A DNA stretch of 34,424 nt, taken from positions 1 through 34,424 of the IMG/VR virus record IMGVR_UViG_3300032332_000273, one strand, 5' to 3'. Each line of letters begins with the position of its first letter. The stretch's first letter is position 1. A program made the position numbers and the translations under genes. The notes beneath the pieces are model-generated. The model was given only the letters and a program-made list of their open reading frames with translations, made no database searches and was not told the DNA's origin. The stretch comes from a virus. Taxonomy: Duplodnaviria; Caudoviricetes. Shown piece by piece: positions 34,164-34,424 of this stretch.

Positions 34164-34349
34164 AGATTAGGTACACGGCAAAGATTGCCGCCCCATGCAT
34201 TAGTTGCCGGCAGAAGTTGCCGGTGTCACGGTGTCAAACCTGAGCATTCACGGCGGCATGCGGGTTTCCGGGTGGGTTCTGACTGGCACATTCCGTGCAT
34301 CAGTAAGGGCTCGGCGCTTTGCCGTGGTTTAAAACGGAGTCTAACGAAA

Positions 34350-34424
34350 ATGCAAACGATCAAATTCAACACCCAACGCTGTTACAGCCCCAAGGGCCAA
34401 CGCATCGCCGCCCGCCTGCTAGAC
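34350..34424 (+). CDS. Start of a divergently transcribed gene (truncated)
   Basis: GGAG about 10 nt upstream of the ATG at 34350. MQTIKFNTQRCYSPKGQRIAARLLD is open to the window end. Confidence 0.5.
   Translation, partial: MQTIKFNTQRCYSPKGQRIAARLLD

Noticed and set aside
33762-34200. ORFs of 78-128 aa on both strands across the repeat region
   Set aside because: Their translations only mirror the 24-bp repeat and G-tract (PPTQSAIH, MADCVGGW), and they lack RBS or coupling. The region is more plausibly non-coding.
34200-34340. tRNA or other structured RNA upstream of the rightward gene
   Set aside because: Only short imperfect stems (e.g. GCAC/GTGC, CACGGC/GCCGTG) are present, with no cloverleaf or T-loop consensus. 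Too weak to call.

Overview
This window is the complete late (virion morphogenesis and lysis) arm of a tailed dsDNA phage, probably podovirus-like since no tape measure, sheath or baseplate is visible. Almost all real genes are on the minus strand and tightly coupled by ATGA/TAATG overlaps. Reading right to left: a non-coding end/control region (G-tract, four 24-bp palindromic repeats), small and large terminase, portal with a Gln-rich tail, a GroES-like co-chaperonin, scaffold, capsid-associated proteins and a Mu gpT-like major capsid protein. These are followed by a terminator and a candidate pseudoknotted RNA (Mu-gpT-DE-like), a cluster of small Lys/Gly-rich proteins sharing short motifs, and adaptor/neck proteins. 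Next come a 1979-aa repeat adhesin, a tail fibre with an S74 chaperone, a beta-propeller tip protein, and an inserted cassette of a very acidic small ORF plus an endonuclease VII-like nuclease. The arm ends with a GH108/holin lysis cassette, a nozzle-like protein and a truncated ejection-like protein. Five ORFs missing from the supplied track were found by hand. The best leads are (i) a recurring hydrophobic-x-x-GG and RxxGxAxKG motif system across many small proteins, (ii) the promoter-acidic ORF-hairpin-nuclease cassette, (iii) the structured RNA after the capsid gene and (iv) the repeat/G4 end region. All family assignments are from motif recognition and gene order; no database search was run.
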